The notes beneath the pieces were generated by a model. The model searched no databases. It was not told where the DNA came from and saw only the letters and a list, made by a program, of their open reading frames with translations. Made by a program: the position numbers and the translations under genes. A stretch of DNA of 48,619 nucleotides. Source: an uncultured archaeon. Lineage in GTDB: Archaea; Altiarchaeota; Altiarchaeia; IMC4; QMZM01. Shown in pieces: positions 38,025 through 47,180 of the stretch. Where the stretch lies: assembly GCA_965602195.1 (NCBI GenBank), contig CBFCYF010000003.1:1-48619 (forward strand), written 5' to 3'. Numbering within the stretch: the first letter of the stretch is position 1; every line of letters begins with the position of its first letter.

Positions 38025-38594
38025 ATGGCTGGATTGGTTGAGAAAATATCGGAGCTGGCTCGTGAGAAAAAGATAGATGAGATAACCATAGCCAGCGAAG
38101 AGGGACTCCCCATGGTGTCTACGGCAGAGAATGCGGATGAGGAATCCGCAGAGGGTGTTCAGGAGATCCAAAAGAGGTTAGCAGGATCTGATATGAAATA
38201 TCTGACAATCGTGGACGAAAAAGGTATGAAGTTTCTGTATCACGATGGCGGATTATATTACATTATACGTAATCAGGATCTTCTCGACGAGAGAACTATA
38301 AAATCCTTTGGGGATATCATTAATGAAGACCTGAGGGAGAAAGAGGAAGAGATGAGGAAGAGATCAGATAAAGCCAAGGAGAAGAAAGAAGAGAGGGAGA
38401 AGAGAGCAGAAAAAGCCAAGGAGAAGAAAGAAGAGAGGGAACAGAGAATAGAGAAAAGCAAGGAGAAGGATGAAAAGAGGGAACAGAGAATAGAAGAGAT
38501 TAAGAGAAGGAAGGAAGAGAGGAAGAAAAGAACAGCGGAGATCAGGAGAAGGAAGGAAGAGAGGAAGAAAATAACAGCGAGGAAGCGGACATAG
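38025..38594 (+). CDS. Roadblock-like domain with long E/K/R helical tail
   Basis: ITIASEEGLPMVST; charged tail. Confidence 0.65.
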   Translation: MAGLVEKISELAREKKIDEITIASEEGLPMVSTAENADEESAEGVQEIQKRLAGSDMKYLTIVDEKGMKFLYHDGGLYYIIRNQDLLDERTIKSFGDIINEDLREKEEEMRKRSDKAKEKKEEREKRAEKAKEKKEEREQRIEKSKEKDEKREQRIEEIKRRKEERKKRTAEIRRRKEERKKITARKRT

Positions 38595-38640
38595 AGAAGA
38601 TAACTATTGTTTATATTTAAAAAAGGAGGTAAAATAAAAA

Positions 38641-38985
38641 ATGCTTGAAAAAATATTGGCCGATTTAAACTCGGCAGAGGGAGTAAGTGGCTCACTAGTA
38701 GCTGGGAAAGATGGATTGATTATATCTGAGAGGGCACCGGAGGGTGTCGATACAGAGCTGGCTTCTGCCATGGCATCCACACTGTTTGGTACAGGAGAAA
38801 AAACAACAGAACAACTAAAACAGGGGGATGTAACGCAGTGTATGATAGAGGGAACAGCGGGAAAGACACTTATCATAGCAGGGAAAGAAGCCATACTGAT
38901 GGCCATGACCGAGCCCGATGTAAACCTGGGATTAGTGAGAATTGAGATGAAAAGGTGCATTAAGGAGATAGAAGAATCCCTATAG
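38641..38985 (+). CDS. Roadblock/LC7 (MglB-like) protein
   Basis: GVSGSLVAGKDGLII...ASAMASTL...NLGLVR. Confidence 0.9.
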   Translation: MLEKILADLNSAEGVSGSLVAGKDGLIISERAPEGVDTELASAMASTLFGTGEKTTEQLKQGDVTQCMIEGTAGKTLIIAGKEAILMAMTEPDVNLGLVRIEMKRCIKEIEESL

Positions 38986-38992
38986 ATAAAAA

Positions 38993-39349
38993 ATGTCAGA
39001 GAAAGATGTGGAGGCTGCCCTAGAAAGTTTGAACTCTATAGTAGGAGTAACTGGTTCCCTGGTTGCGGGGAAAGAGGGATCAATCATCTCTCATAAAACG
39101 CCAGAGGGCACTGACATAGACCTGGCTTCTGCCATGGCATCCACGCTATTCGGTACCGGAGAAAAGGCAGTAAAAGATTTTAAGCAGGGAAAGATCATAC
39201 AAGCCATGGTAGAAGGGAAAAAAGGCAAGACTTTGATTATTGCTGGAGATAAAACAGTGTTAATGGTTATGACCAATCTCAAGGTAAGTCTGGGATTAGT
39301 GAGACTTGAGATGGAGAAAGGCATTAAGACGATAGAGAAAGCTTTATAA
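38993..39349 (+). CDS. Roadblock/LC7 (MglB-like) protein, tandem paralog
   Basis: Same motifs; LASAMASTLFGTGEK identical to upstream gene. Confidence 0.9.
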   Translation: MSEKDVEAALESLNSIVGVTGSLVAGKEGSIISHKTPEGTDIDLASAMASTLFGTGEKAVKDFKQGKIIQAMVEGKKGKTLIIAGDKTVLMVMTNLKVSLGLVRLEMEKGIKTIEKAL

Positions 39350-39421
39350 AACGTCTTGGATTAGTAGGATAGATTAAGGAGATAGAGGAATCTTTATAAA
39401 AAATCAAGAGGTGATAAAAAA

Positions 39422-39892
39422 ATGGCAGGAGGAACAGATCAGGGAGCATATTACGCGTTTGCCGTAATTACCCTAACCAAATTTATGAATGAAATCGAGC
39501 CGATTATGGGCTCAGGTGCTAGGACAATAATGAGAAGACCGCTGGCTAAAATTCTGGCGGGATCAGGTAGGTTTGAGAGAACAGGCCACATAAGCTTTAA
39601 AGAAGCAACCGATGAGGGAAAGGATGTTCTCAATGAGATGCAGTGTTTCGGGGCGGCAGAGATCCTGGAATGTGACGAAGCAAATGAGAAAGCAGTCTAC
39701 AAGTTAACTGACTACATATTAAGGTATAAAGAGTACGGTAAGACCATAGGGGAAATGGATTCCACATCCCTATGCCTGGGGTTGATAGAGAATTTCTTCA
39801 GGGATGCTATAGGAGATAAGGGATTCAGGGCGCATCTAGACGACTTTGATGAAGAAAATCTTACGATGCGTGTAGATAAAAATCTTAAATAA
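39422..39892 (+). CDS. V4R-like ligand-binding protein
   Basis: IMGSGARTIM...FG...LCLGLIENFF pattern. Confidence 0.5.
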   Translation: MAGGTDQGAYYAFAVITLTKFMNEIEPIMGSGARTIMRRPLAKILAGSGRFERTGHISFKEATDEGKDVLNEMQCFGAAEILECDEANEKAVYKLTDYILRYKEYGKTIGEMDSTSLCLGLIENFFRDAIGDKGFRAHLDDFDEENLTMRVDKNLK

Positions 39893-39916
39893 AACAAAAA
39901 AAAGGAGGTGTTATAA

Positions 39917-40198
39917 ATGGTAGTCGTAAAAGAATTCGGGTTTGAGGGTCAAATATGCCCCTACCCCATGGTAAATGCCATGAAAAAGATTAAGGAATAT
40001 ATGGATAAAATAAAGAGCGGTGAAATTACAGATGAGGAGGTTAGACTGTCTTTTTTGGTTGACCACATGCCAGCTGCAGACAGCCTCCCAGAGGAGATAG
40101 AGAAACGTGGTTTCGGGGGATTCAGGGTGATGAAATCCAAGGACAAAGCATTATGGAGAATTGATATACAATTACTGAGGAGTAAGATTGTGGGGTGA
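39917..40198 (+). CDS. TusA/YeeD-like sulfur carrier
   Basis: GQICPYP; adjacent to YeeE. Confidence 0.82.
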   Translation: MVVVKEFGFEGQICPYPMVNAMKKIKEYMDKIKSGEITDEEVRLSFLVDHMPAADSLPEEIEKRGFGGFRVMKSKDKALWRIDIQLLRSKIVG

Positions 40199-40203
40199 TT
40201 GAA

Positions 40204-41688
40204 ATGGCAGATGAATGGGATGAATTAGAGAAGGGAGGGGGTTGGGTTGATACGGGAGAACCCTCCGCTCCAGCAGAAGCTGAAGAAGCAGCTCCAGCGG
40301 AAGAAGCTCCTGCCCCGGCAGGAGCTGAAGAAGCAGCTCCAGCGGGAGGAGGTGAGTGGGATGAATTAGAGAAGGGGGGAGGCTGGGTTGATACAGGAGA
40401 AGAAGTTGAAGCAGCCCCCACATTAGAAAAAGTTAAAGTAGCGGTTGCTCCAAAAGCAAAACCAGCTGCTCCACCAGAGGTTAAAAAAGGTTTCTTTAGG
40501 GAATTCTTTGCTGGTGACTCATGGGGAACCGGGTTATTGTTAGTAGTAATTCTATTGGCTGGAATAACATGGATCGCCATCGATACCAACAACATAGGTC
40601 TCACAGGACTAGTGGTTGGAGTTCTTGTCGGCTTCGCATTCCAGAAGGGAAGATTCTGTATATACATGGCCCACAGAGACATTCTCTTGACGAACAGTTA
40701 CGGCATGATGAAGGCGCTTATACTGTGCATGATACTGATAATGGTAGGATATCTGTTAGTTTCTAATGATGGGTTAGGTATCCTGTCTTCAGCGACAGAC
40801 GGTAAGTTTACAGAAATTGCTCCCAGGCCGTTTATATGGGCAGCTATCCTTATCGGAGGATTTATCTTTGGAATAGGAACCGTCCTAGCTGGAGGATGTG
40901 CAGCCGGAACAACGTACAGAGCCGGAGAGGGTTACATAGGTAATATGATTGCAGTCGTGACATTAATGCTCGGCGCATCCCTAGGTATGTTCGGAGCCCT
41001 CAGCCCATTTGTTGGCGATTTAAAGAAAACTGCAGGAGAGTATACTACCGTTTCCGGTAAAACAATCGGTAACCCCACCGTTTTCGACATCATGGAGAAT
41101 ATGGGAATCAGTCATTGGCTTACAGCGATAGGCATAATAATTCTAGTGGCAATTATCTGGATATGGAAATGTGGATTCAAGTTACAGGGGATAATACCGA
41201 AGGGAGGAATCAGTCTGGAGAAAATAGTAAAGCGTAAATGGACCAAATGGAAGGCAGGCGTAGCCATAGCGGTGATCGTTGTAACCGGATTACTGGCACA
41301 CGCTGCAGCCCAGGCGTGCTGCGGACAGGGCCACAACTATTCGATATGCGCTGCATGTGGACTGGTGAGATTAACCAACAACTACTTTTCCACCAACGGT
41401 AATCTTTTCGAGTGGTCTGGTTTGATGATGGTGGGCCTAGTTGCAGGCGCATTTATCTCAGCACAGTTTGCCGGAGAGTTTGCACTGAGGGTGCCGGAAG
41501 GTAAGATAATACTCCAAGTAGCTCTTGGAGGATTCCTGATGGGTCTGGGTGCAGTAATGGCTCTTGGTTGTACAGTAGGGCACATATTGTCCGGTGTTCC
41601 GACATTATCTCTGGGCAGCCTGCTGGGTTGGGTTTCGATAGCTGCAGGTATCTGGATTACAGCGTACATGTTATTTGTGAGAGAGTAG
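40204..41688 (+). CDS. YeeE/YedE-family (thiosulfate/sulfur) transporter with acidic repeat N-terminus
   Basis: GRFC, LAGGCAAG, ALGCTVG. Confidence 0.9.
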   Translation: MADEWDELEKGGGWVDTGEPSAPAEAEEAAPAEEAPAPAGAEEAAPAGGGEWDELEKGGGWVDTGEEVEAAPTLEKVKVAVAPKAKPAAPPEVKKGFFREFFAGDSWGTGLLLVVILLAGITWIAIDTNNIGLTGLVVGVLVGFAFQKGRFCIYMAHRDILLTNSYGMMKALILCMILIMVGYLLVSNDGLGILSSATDGKFTEIAPRPFIWAAILIGGFIFGIGTVLAGGCAAGTTYRAGEGYIGNMIAVVTLMLGASLGMFGALSPFVGDLKKTAGEYTTVSGKTIGNPTVFDIMENMGISHWLTAIGIIILVAIIWIWKCGFKLQGIIPKGGISLEKIVKRKWTKWKAGVAIAVIVVTGLLAHAAAQACCGQGHNYSICAACGLVRLTNNYFSTNGNLFEWSGLMMVGLVAGAFISAQFAGEFALRVPEGKIILQVALGGFLMGLGAVMALGCTVGHILSGVPTLSLGSLLGWVSIAAGIWITAYMLFVRE

Positions 41689-41805
41689 AATACCTTAGAG
41701 CCAGAAGAGTGGGTTTAGGAATATAATCTTGGTAGAAACACAATCTACCAAGATAGTTTCTTCTTAGCCATCGGTAGAAGAACAGTATCTCAATAAAATC
41801 GCAAA

Positions 41806-42849
41806 GTGGGCAGGAGTAATCTAACACGATCCTTGGATAACGCCGTCGATTCTCTGCATAAACTACAGGGTGTGGTGGGAATCCTGATTATAGATGATGA
41901 AGGTAACACGCTATCATCTACCTTAGCATCTAGCATAGACGCGTCTCTCTACGAATCCATGACTATTGCCTTATCTGGCTCCTCAAGGGAATTACTGAAG
42001 TATACCCTGCAGGGGGAACTGGAAAAAATATTAATAGAATCAGAAAAGGGGAAGATAATTATCTCCCGGTGTGATGACCTAAATCTGGTGGTTATATCTG
42101 AGGACCAGGTTAATCTCGGACTCCTCAACGTGGAGATCAGGAGGGCGGTCCGTAGAGTAAGAGGAAAAGAGGTTGAGATACCGGAGCTCGTCACCCCCAA
42201 GGAGATATCCCCAGCTAAAGCACCCGTAAAGGCTCCTCCGGTGAGACCACATGAGGAGGAGATACCTGCCCCCCCACTCCCAGAAATACCAGAGCTCGTC
42301 ACCCTCAAGGAGGCACCCCCAGCTAAAGCACCCGTAAAGGCTCCTCCGGTGAGACCAAAGAGGGAGGAGATACCTATCCCTCCACTTCCCGAAATACCTG
42401 AGAAGATAGAAATTCCCGACAACCCGGTAGAAAGAGCCCGGTTAATGTTGGACATATATAATACGCTGTTAATGTCCATCTCAATTAGTGCCTCAAGGAT
42501 TTCGGGGATAGCGCCAACCAGGGGATTATTTAAGAAATTCCTCCCCGGCGGGGATTTTCCATTACTGAGTGAAGTGGAGATCAAAAAGGACGTAACCCTG
42601 GATGTGGAAAAGCTGAGATCTAATATGGAGAAAATCCCTCCCGAAGAAAGAGGAGAATACCTGAAAGAAAATTTCAGCACCATTATGAATCGTATAGTGG
42701 ATGGATATGTAGATGTGATGGGCTACAAACCCTTGAGGGGAATGATGAGGAAGGAAGTGAGGCGGGTGATGGAGGGGTATGGAAACGCAATGGAGGAATT
42801 AGGCATCAAGGAGACCATCCCTCAACAGCTTATCGACATAGCTTCTTAA
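41806..42849 (+). CDS. Roadblock domain + duplicated Pro-rich linker + helical C-terminal domain
   Basis: GVVGILIIDDEG...NLGLL; 36-aa repeat x2. Confidence 0.8.
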   Translation: MGRSNLTRSLDNAVDSLHKLQGVVGILIIDDEGNTLSSTLASSIDASLYESMTIALSGSSRELLKYTLQGELEKILIESEKGKIIISRCDDLNLVVISEDQVNLGLLNVEIRRAVRRVRGKEVEIPELVTPKEISPAKAPVKAPPVRPHEEEIPAPPLPEIPELVTLKEAPPAKAPVKAPPVRPKREEIPIPPLPEIPEKIEIPDNPVERARLMLDIYNTLLMSISISASRISGIAPTRGLFKKFLPGGDFPLLSEVEIKKDVTLDVEKLRSNMEKIPPEERGEYLKENFSTIMNRIVDGYVDVMGYKPLRGMMRKEVRRVMEGYGNAMEELGIKETIPQQLIDIAS

Positions 42850-42888
42850 ACGATATACATAGACAGTTATGTTACGTTAGAGGGTCAG

Positions 42889-43527
42889 CTACAGGAAACC
42901 AAAAACATCTGACGCCTCCAGGATTCCGTCTATGATGAACTGTACGGAAATAGCTGAAAGCATTAAACCCATAATCCTTGTCGCACTCTTTGTTCCAGTA
43001 TGCCCCATCACCTTATGAACCACCTCAGACCTGGATAGGATTATATAGGAGATCAGGAACACCAGGAGAATATTAGCTACCACCACAGCCTGCATGAAGA
43101 TATCCTGCGCACTCTCAAATAAGACAATCCCCGTAGTTATCGCACCAGGTCCAGTCAGTAAAGGAATAGCCATAGGCGTTATGGCAAGATCATCCCTCTC
43201 CTCCGCCATCTCCCCGGGAGATGAAACCGTCCTACTCCTTCTGCCGAAAAGCATCTCTATGGAGATAATCAACAGGATGATTCCTCCAGCAATCCTGAAT
43301 GAATACATGTTAATAGCTAGAAGCTGGAAGATTATATTCCCGGTTACCGTGACAACAACTAAAGAGACAGAAGCCACCAAAACAGCCGTATTTATCATCG
43401 ACTTCCTGTCTCTCTCATCAAAACGCTCCGTCAACGACAGGAAAATAGGGACCAAACTGAAAGGCCCCACAATAATGAAGAGAGCAACAAAAGACCGTAT
43501 CGCAAAAGTCAAATCCAAGGAATACAT
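42889..43527 (-). CDS. MarC-family membrane protein
   Basis: FRIAGG, PMAIPLLTGPG, TRIMGL. Confidence 0.92.
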   Translation of the reverse strand: MYSLDLTFAIRSFVALFIIVGPFSLVPIFLSLTERFDERDRKSMINTAVLVASVSLVVVTVTGNIIFQLLAINMYSFRIAGGIILLIISIEMLFGRRSRTVSSPGEMAEERDDLAITPMAIPLLTGPGAITTGIVLFESAQDIFMQAVVVANILLVFLISYIILSRSEVVHKVMGHTGTKSATRIMGLMLSAISVQFIIDGILEASDVFGFL

Positions 43528-43583
43528 GGTTAATCGTAATTATAATGATAGATGAGATATATAATAACACAACATTAAAAAAA

Positions 43584-44675
43584 ATGGAGAAAAACATAGT
43601 CTGCTTCGACCTCGAAGGACCCCTATCCCCCCAAGATAACGCCTATGACGTGATGGGTTTGTTTGACAGGGGACATGAAATCTTTGAGGTGATCAGCAGA
43701 TACGATGACATCCTCACACTCGAAGGACGGGAAGGATATGAACCAGGCAACACACTCTCCCTGATAGTTCTATTCCTCATCCACCATGATATCAGCGAGA
43801 AAGACATAGGAAAGGTTTCTGATACCGCCAAAATAGTTTCCGGAACAAAATATATGATCTCACGATTAAAGAAATTAGGTTGGGACCCCCATATAATCTC
43901 AACCAGCTACGAACAACACGCCTACAACATCGGAAAGAAGATAGGAATCCCAGGAAACAGGATCTCCTGCACACCCATGCCCCTAAACAAGTTCAGGCAG
44001 GAGATGGGACGTGAGGATTCCCATATGATAGAGGAAATCGAAAAATATATTCTAGAGGAGTTACATCCCCCCAAAGACGACGAAAAAATCAGGGAAAGAC
44101 TGGATAAATTCTACTACAAGGATATACTGAACACCGAGTTAGGGAAGGTCATCAGAGAAGTGCAGGTAGTCGGAGGAGAGAAAAAGGTGGATGCGATGAA
44201 GAAGATAGCTGAGGGTGCGGGAAAGGATCTGGGTGATATTGCGGTGGTGGGCGACAGCATCACCGACTACAAAATGCTTGGGGAGGTTAAATCCAAAGGA
44301 GGAATCTCCATTGTCTTCAACGGCAACAGGTATTCCCTGCCCTACGGGAACATCGCCCTGGCTTCGGTGGACATCAGATTCCTGCTTATCATAGCAGAAG
44401 CATATATGCGCTCCGGCAGAGAACACGTCTTCGAGGTGGTACGGGAATGGGAGGAAAGCGGAGATAAATTTGTGACTGAACCTGCGGGGATACCTAAGAC
44501 CATGATACCAGATGATCTCAGAGACTTTCTGTTGGAGATGATGGAGGGACAGGATTTTGCTCCACCCAGATTCCACTGCATCAAGGAGATGAGTGAGGAA
44601 AAACAAGAAAAGGTGGTGGAAATCCATAGGAGGATGAGGGGCCTTGTGAGGGGTGAAGCCTCTAAATTAGGTTGA
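43584..44675 (+). CDS. HAD-superfamily protein (EhaR-like)
   Basis: DLEGPLSPQDNA, ISTSY, GDSITD, FNGN. Confidence 0.8.
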   Translation: MEKNIVCFDLEGPLSPQDNAYDVMGLFDRGHEIFEVISRYDDILTLEGREGYEPGNTLSLIVLFLIHHDISEKDIGKVSDTAKIVSGTKYMISRLKKLGWDPHIISTSYEQHAYNIGKKIGIPGNRISCTPMPLNKFRQEMGREDSHMIEEIEKYILEELHPPKDDEKIRERLDKFYYKDILNTELGKVIREVQVVGGEKKVDAMKKIAEGAGKDLGDIAVVGDSITDYKMLGEVKSKGGISIVFNGNRYSLPYGNIALASVDIRFLLIIAEAYMRSGREHVFEVVREWEESGDKFVTEPAGIPKTMIPDDLRDFLLEMMEGQDFAPPRFHCIKEMSEEKQEKVVEIHRRMRGLVRGEASKLG

Positions 44676-44685
44676 CTGTTATAAG

Positions 44686-45420
44686 ATGGCTTTCATAGAT
44701 GATTTACTCGGGGAGCAGCCTAAAGCCCATTTCACGTTAATAGATCCTGAGGATCAGACGCCTGCTGAGGCAGGTCGTAGAGCCAAGTTGTGTGAGGATT
44801 ATGGCACAGATGCCGTAATGATCGGAGGCTCAACTGTAAGTGATAGGAGTAAGGTGTTTGATACGGTAAAGGCAGTTAAGGAGAATGTTAGTATACCCAC
44901 CATCCTGTTTCCGAATTCTGCGGAGGCGGTTTCTGAAAACGCAGACTACATCTTCTTCATGATGCTTCTGAATTCAAGGGACTATAGGTATCTGGTGGGT
45001 GAGCAGCTTAAGGGAGCTCCTCTGGTGGAGAAATGGGGTATTAAGCCGATTAGTATGGGCTATATCATAGTAAGCACAGGAAGTAAGGAGACGACCGTTG
45101 AGAGGATGGCGAAGTTGGATAAGATCAGGGGGGATGATGTTGAGAAAGCAGTTAATTACGCTATATTCGCAGAGAGATTTCTTGGTATGAGTTGTGTATA
45201 CTTGGAGGCTGGCTCTGGCGCAGAAAAGGCTGTTTCAGCTGAGATGATAAGGGCTGTGAGGGATGCTGTGAGTATCCCGATTATTGTTGGCGGGGGCATA
45301 ACATGCGGCCGTATCGCAAAAGAAAAGACAGATGCTGGGGCAGATGTGATAGTGAACGGCACAGCGGTTGAAAGCAACATTGAGGTTATAGAGGATATTA
45401 TCAGGGAGATTAAGGGTTAG
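44686..45420 (+). CDS. Geranylgeranylglyceryl phosphate synthase
   Basis: HFTLIDP, MIGGS, YLEAGSGA, IVGGGI. Confidence 0.93.
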   Translation: MAFIDDLLGEQPKAHFTLIDPEDQTPAEAGRRAKLCEDYGTDAVMIGGSTVSDRSKVFDTVKAVKENVSIPTILFPNSAEAVSENADYIFFMMLLNSRDYRYLVGEQLKGAPLVEKWGIKPISMGYIIVSTGSKETTVERMAKLDKIRGDDVEKAVNYAIFAERFLGMSCVYLEAGSGAEKAVSAEMIRAVRDAVSIPIIVGGGITCGRIAKEKTDAGADVIVNGTAVESNIEVIEDIIREIKG

Positions 45421-45423
45421 TGT

Positions 45424-45689
45424 ATGTAGTGCCTAAATCTATGAGGCTAAGCAGAGCACACACACCCCTTTCGCCAACCTTTATTAAAGGCTGCTCGGAG
45501 TTAGCCGAGGACTAAGGTGTGTTTCGCCCCCAAGGCTCAAGCACACTAGATGAATCTAATCCAGTGGGGCTAAGCGAAGCGCACGCCCCACCTTTCGCCA
45601 CCGCAAAATTGCTTTGCAATTTTGGGTCCGAAAATCGGCAAAGCCGATTTTCCGGAGCCTTTGAAAAAGGCTGATGTAGTGCCTAAATC
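45424..45689. repeat. Composite intergenic repeat block bounded by 16-bp direct repeats
   Basis: ATGTAGTGCCTAAATC at 45424-45439 and 45674-45689; two internal GGCTAAGC...CCTTTCGCCA...AAAGGCTG units; copy 2 of the 60-bp repeat at 45494-45548. Confidence 0.85.
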
Positions 45690-45781
45690 CGGCAGGACAC
45701 CCCATACCAGCTTCCCCAGTTCCCACGCCTCTACGACGAATTCCACACAGCCCCGGATACTGCGGCTGTCGATCTTAAAAA

Positions 45782-45982
45782 CTACTCCTCCTCACATTCA
45801 AGGAGGTCGATTTCTTCTCCATTTACCTCTACCTTGACTGGTTTTGTCGAGGCAAGAAGCATCCTGCCGTCTTTTTCAGCCACTGCCTTGAGCTGGAATT
45901 CGATTCCTATTCGAGTTTTTCCGTAGACTATTTCTTCTCTTAGGGTTTTTGTTTCCGTTATGAAGTAATTCTCAGAAGACAT
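45782..45982 (-). CDS. Small hypothetical protein
   Basis: 66-aa ORF overlapping the end of the upstream gene, operon-like. Confidence 0.55.
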   Translation of the reverse strand: MSSENYFITETKTLREEIVYGKTRIGIEFQLKAVAEKDGRMLLASTKPVKVEVNGEEIDLLECEEE

Positions 45983-46595
45983 CTTTGATTTTATTCACGA
46001 TTTTCTCTTTTATTTTAAGATCCGATGTTAGGTTAAGTGCCGGTGGAATCAACCTGACTACCTTATTCTCAATGTCCACCTCGACTCTCCCATCCAGCAA
46101 GGGGACATCAAAGCAGGGAGTAATCCGTATACACACGTTTTGGAATGCATTCAGGGGATACATCGTCGAATAGAGGTATCCACATATTATTCCTGTCTCA
46201 TAGGCGTCCTTTAATCCAAGATCTAGTTTCAGACAGAATTTCTTGATAGAAAATGTTTTTGTTGCGTTGTATATGAATCTCAGAATCGGCGTTATGTATT
46301 CAACTCTAAAAGGGAATCCCCCATCTACTTTCTTTTTTTCTTCCTTCTTCCTCTCCTCCCCCGCCATCCTCTTCCTAAGGATTCTTACTCTGAAAAAATA
46401 GACCTCCACCATCTTTTCTGTGAGGTTTATTCTTATCTTTGTTGCTTCTCTTGGAAGTGCTATGTTGATTTCCCCTCTTGTTTCTAATCCTTTTTTCTCG
46501 GCTAAAAGTTTTATCTTGATTGGTGTGAAAAGGATAACAGCAGGCGGGAGACTTATCACAACAAGTAAAAGAAGAAAGATGATGTAGCTAATCAT
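45972..46595 (-). CDS. DUF2953/YtfI-like protein
   Basis: N-terminal TM; GLKDAYETGIICG...ITPCF; next to YtfJ-like gene. Confidence 0.8.
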   Translation of the reverse strand: MISYIIFLLLLVVISLPPAVILFTPIKIKLLAEKKGLETRGEINIALPREATKIRINLTEKMVEVYFFRVRILRKRMAGEERKKEEKKKVDGGFPFRVEYITPILRFIYNATKTFSIKKFCLKLDLGLKDAYETGIICGYLYSTMYPLNAFQNVCIRITPCFDVPLLDGRVEVDIENKVVRLIPPALNLTSDLKIKEKIVNKIKDVF

Positions 46596-46608
46596 CTCTA
46601 ATTTTTTT

Positions 46609-47004
46609 CTAGTTCTTCTTTTTCTCTTTCTCCGCTTTTTTCATTTCTATTGCCTTATCCATCACCTTAGGCATTGCCTCCCCCATGGTCTCTATCGCTG
46701 AAGCAATCGTTCCCTTGGATTTAAGTGGCATTACTTCGACGGAGTCTTTTCTTATCACAATCAGGGCTGTAGGTGACACGCCGCCTCCTGCGCCTCCTCC
46801 GCCTCCTTCTCCAGAGCCCTTACTTTTTCCTTCCTTATCTTGGCCGGCTCCTGTACCTCCTCCCGCACCAAAGCCAAATCCTATGCTACATACGGGGATA
46901 ACCGTTATCCCGTCAAAGGTCTGGGGTTTCCCTATTACGGTTTCAGTAGAAATCAGTTTCTCCAGCTCAGCAACCATCGTCTTAACCATATCTTCCACGA
47001 TCAT
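46609..47004 (-). CDS. GerW/YtfJ-family protein
   Basis: TETVIGKP...IPV...GFGFGAGG...GGGVSPTA; GAGGTG SD before ATG at 47004. Confidence 0.9.
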   Translation of the reverse strand: MIVEDMVKTMVAELEKLISTETVIGKPQTFDGITVIPVCSIGFGFGAGGGTGAGQDKEGKSKGSGEGGGGGAGGGVSPTALIVIRKDSVEVMPLKSKGTIASAIETMGEAMPKVMDKAIEMKKAEKEKKKN

Positions 47005-47180
47005 CGCAACCACCTCAAATTTTTTTATATTGTTAATATATCGTGAAGAATCTATAAAACGTGGGAAAGAAACATTCCCTACCCTCACCCCCCATAACAT
47101 TCGAGGAACCCATGATCAGAGACGTGGTGCCATAAGCTTAAAGATTAATAGATGGATAACAAAAGGATTAAATAAAAAAA

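Noticed and set aside
41728-41752. Hairpin CTTGGTAGA-aacacaa-TCTACCAAG after yeeE
   Set aside because: Single 9-bp stem, compatible with an ordinary terminator or operator; no in-frame UGA in neighbouring genes to suggest a SECIS
45622-45837. 71-aa plus-strand ORF
   Set aside because: Starts inside the repeat block and overlaps a convergent gene
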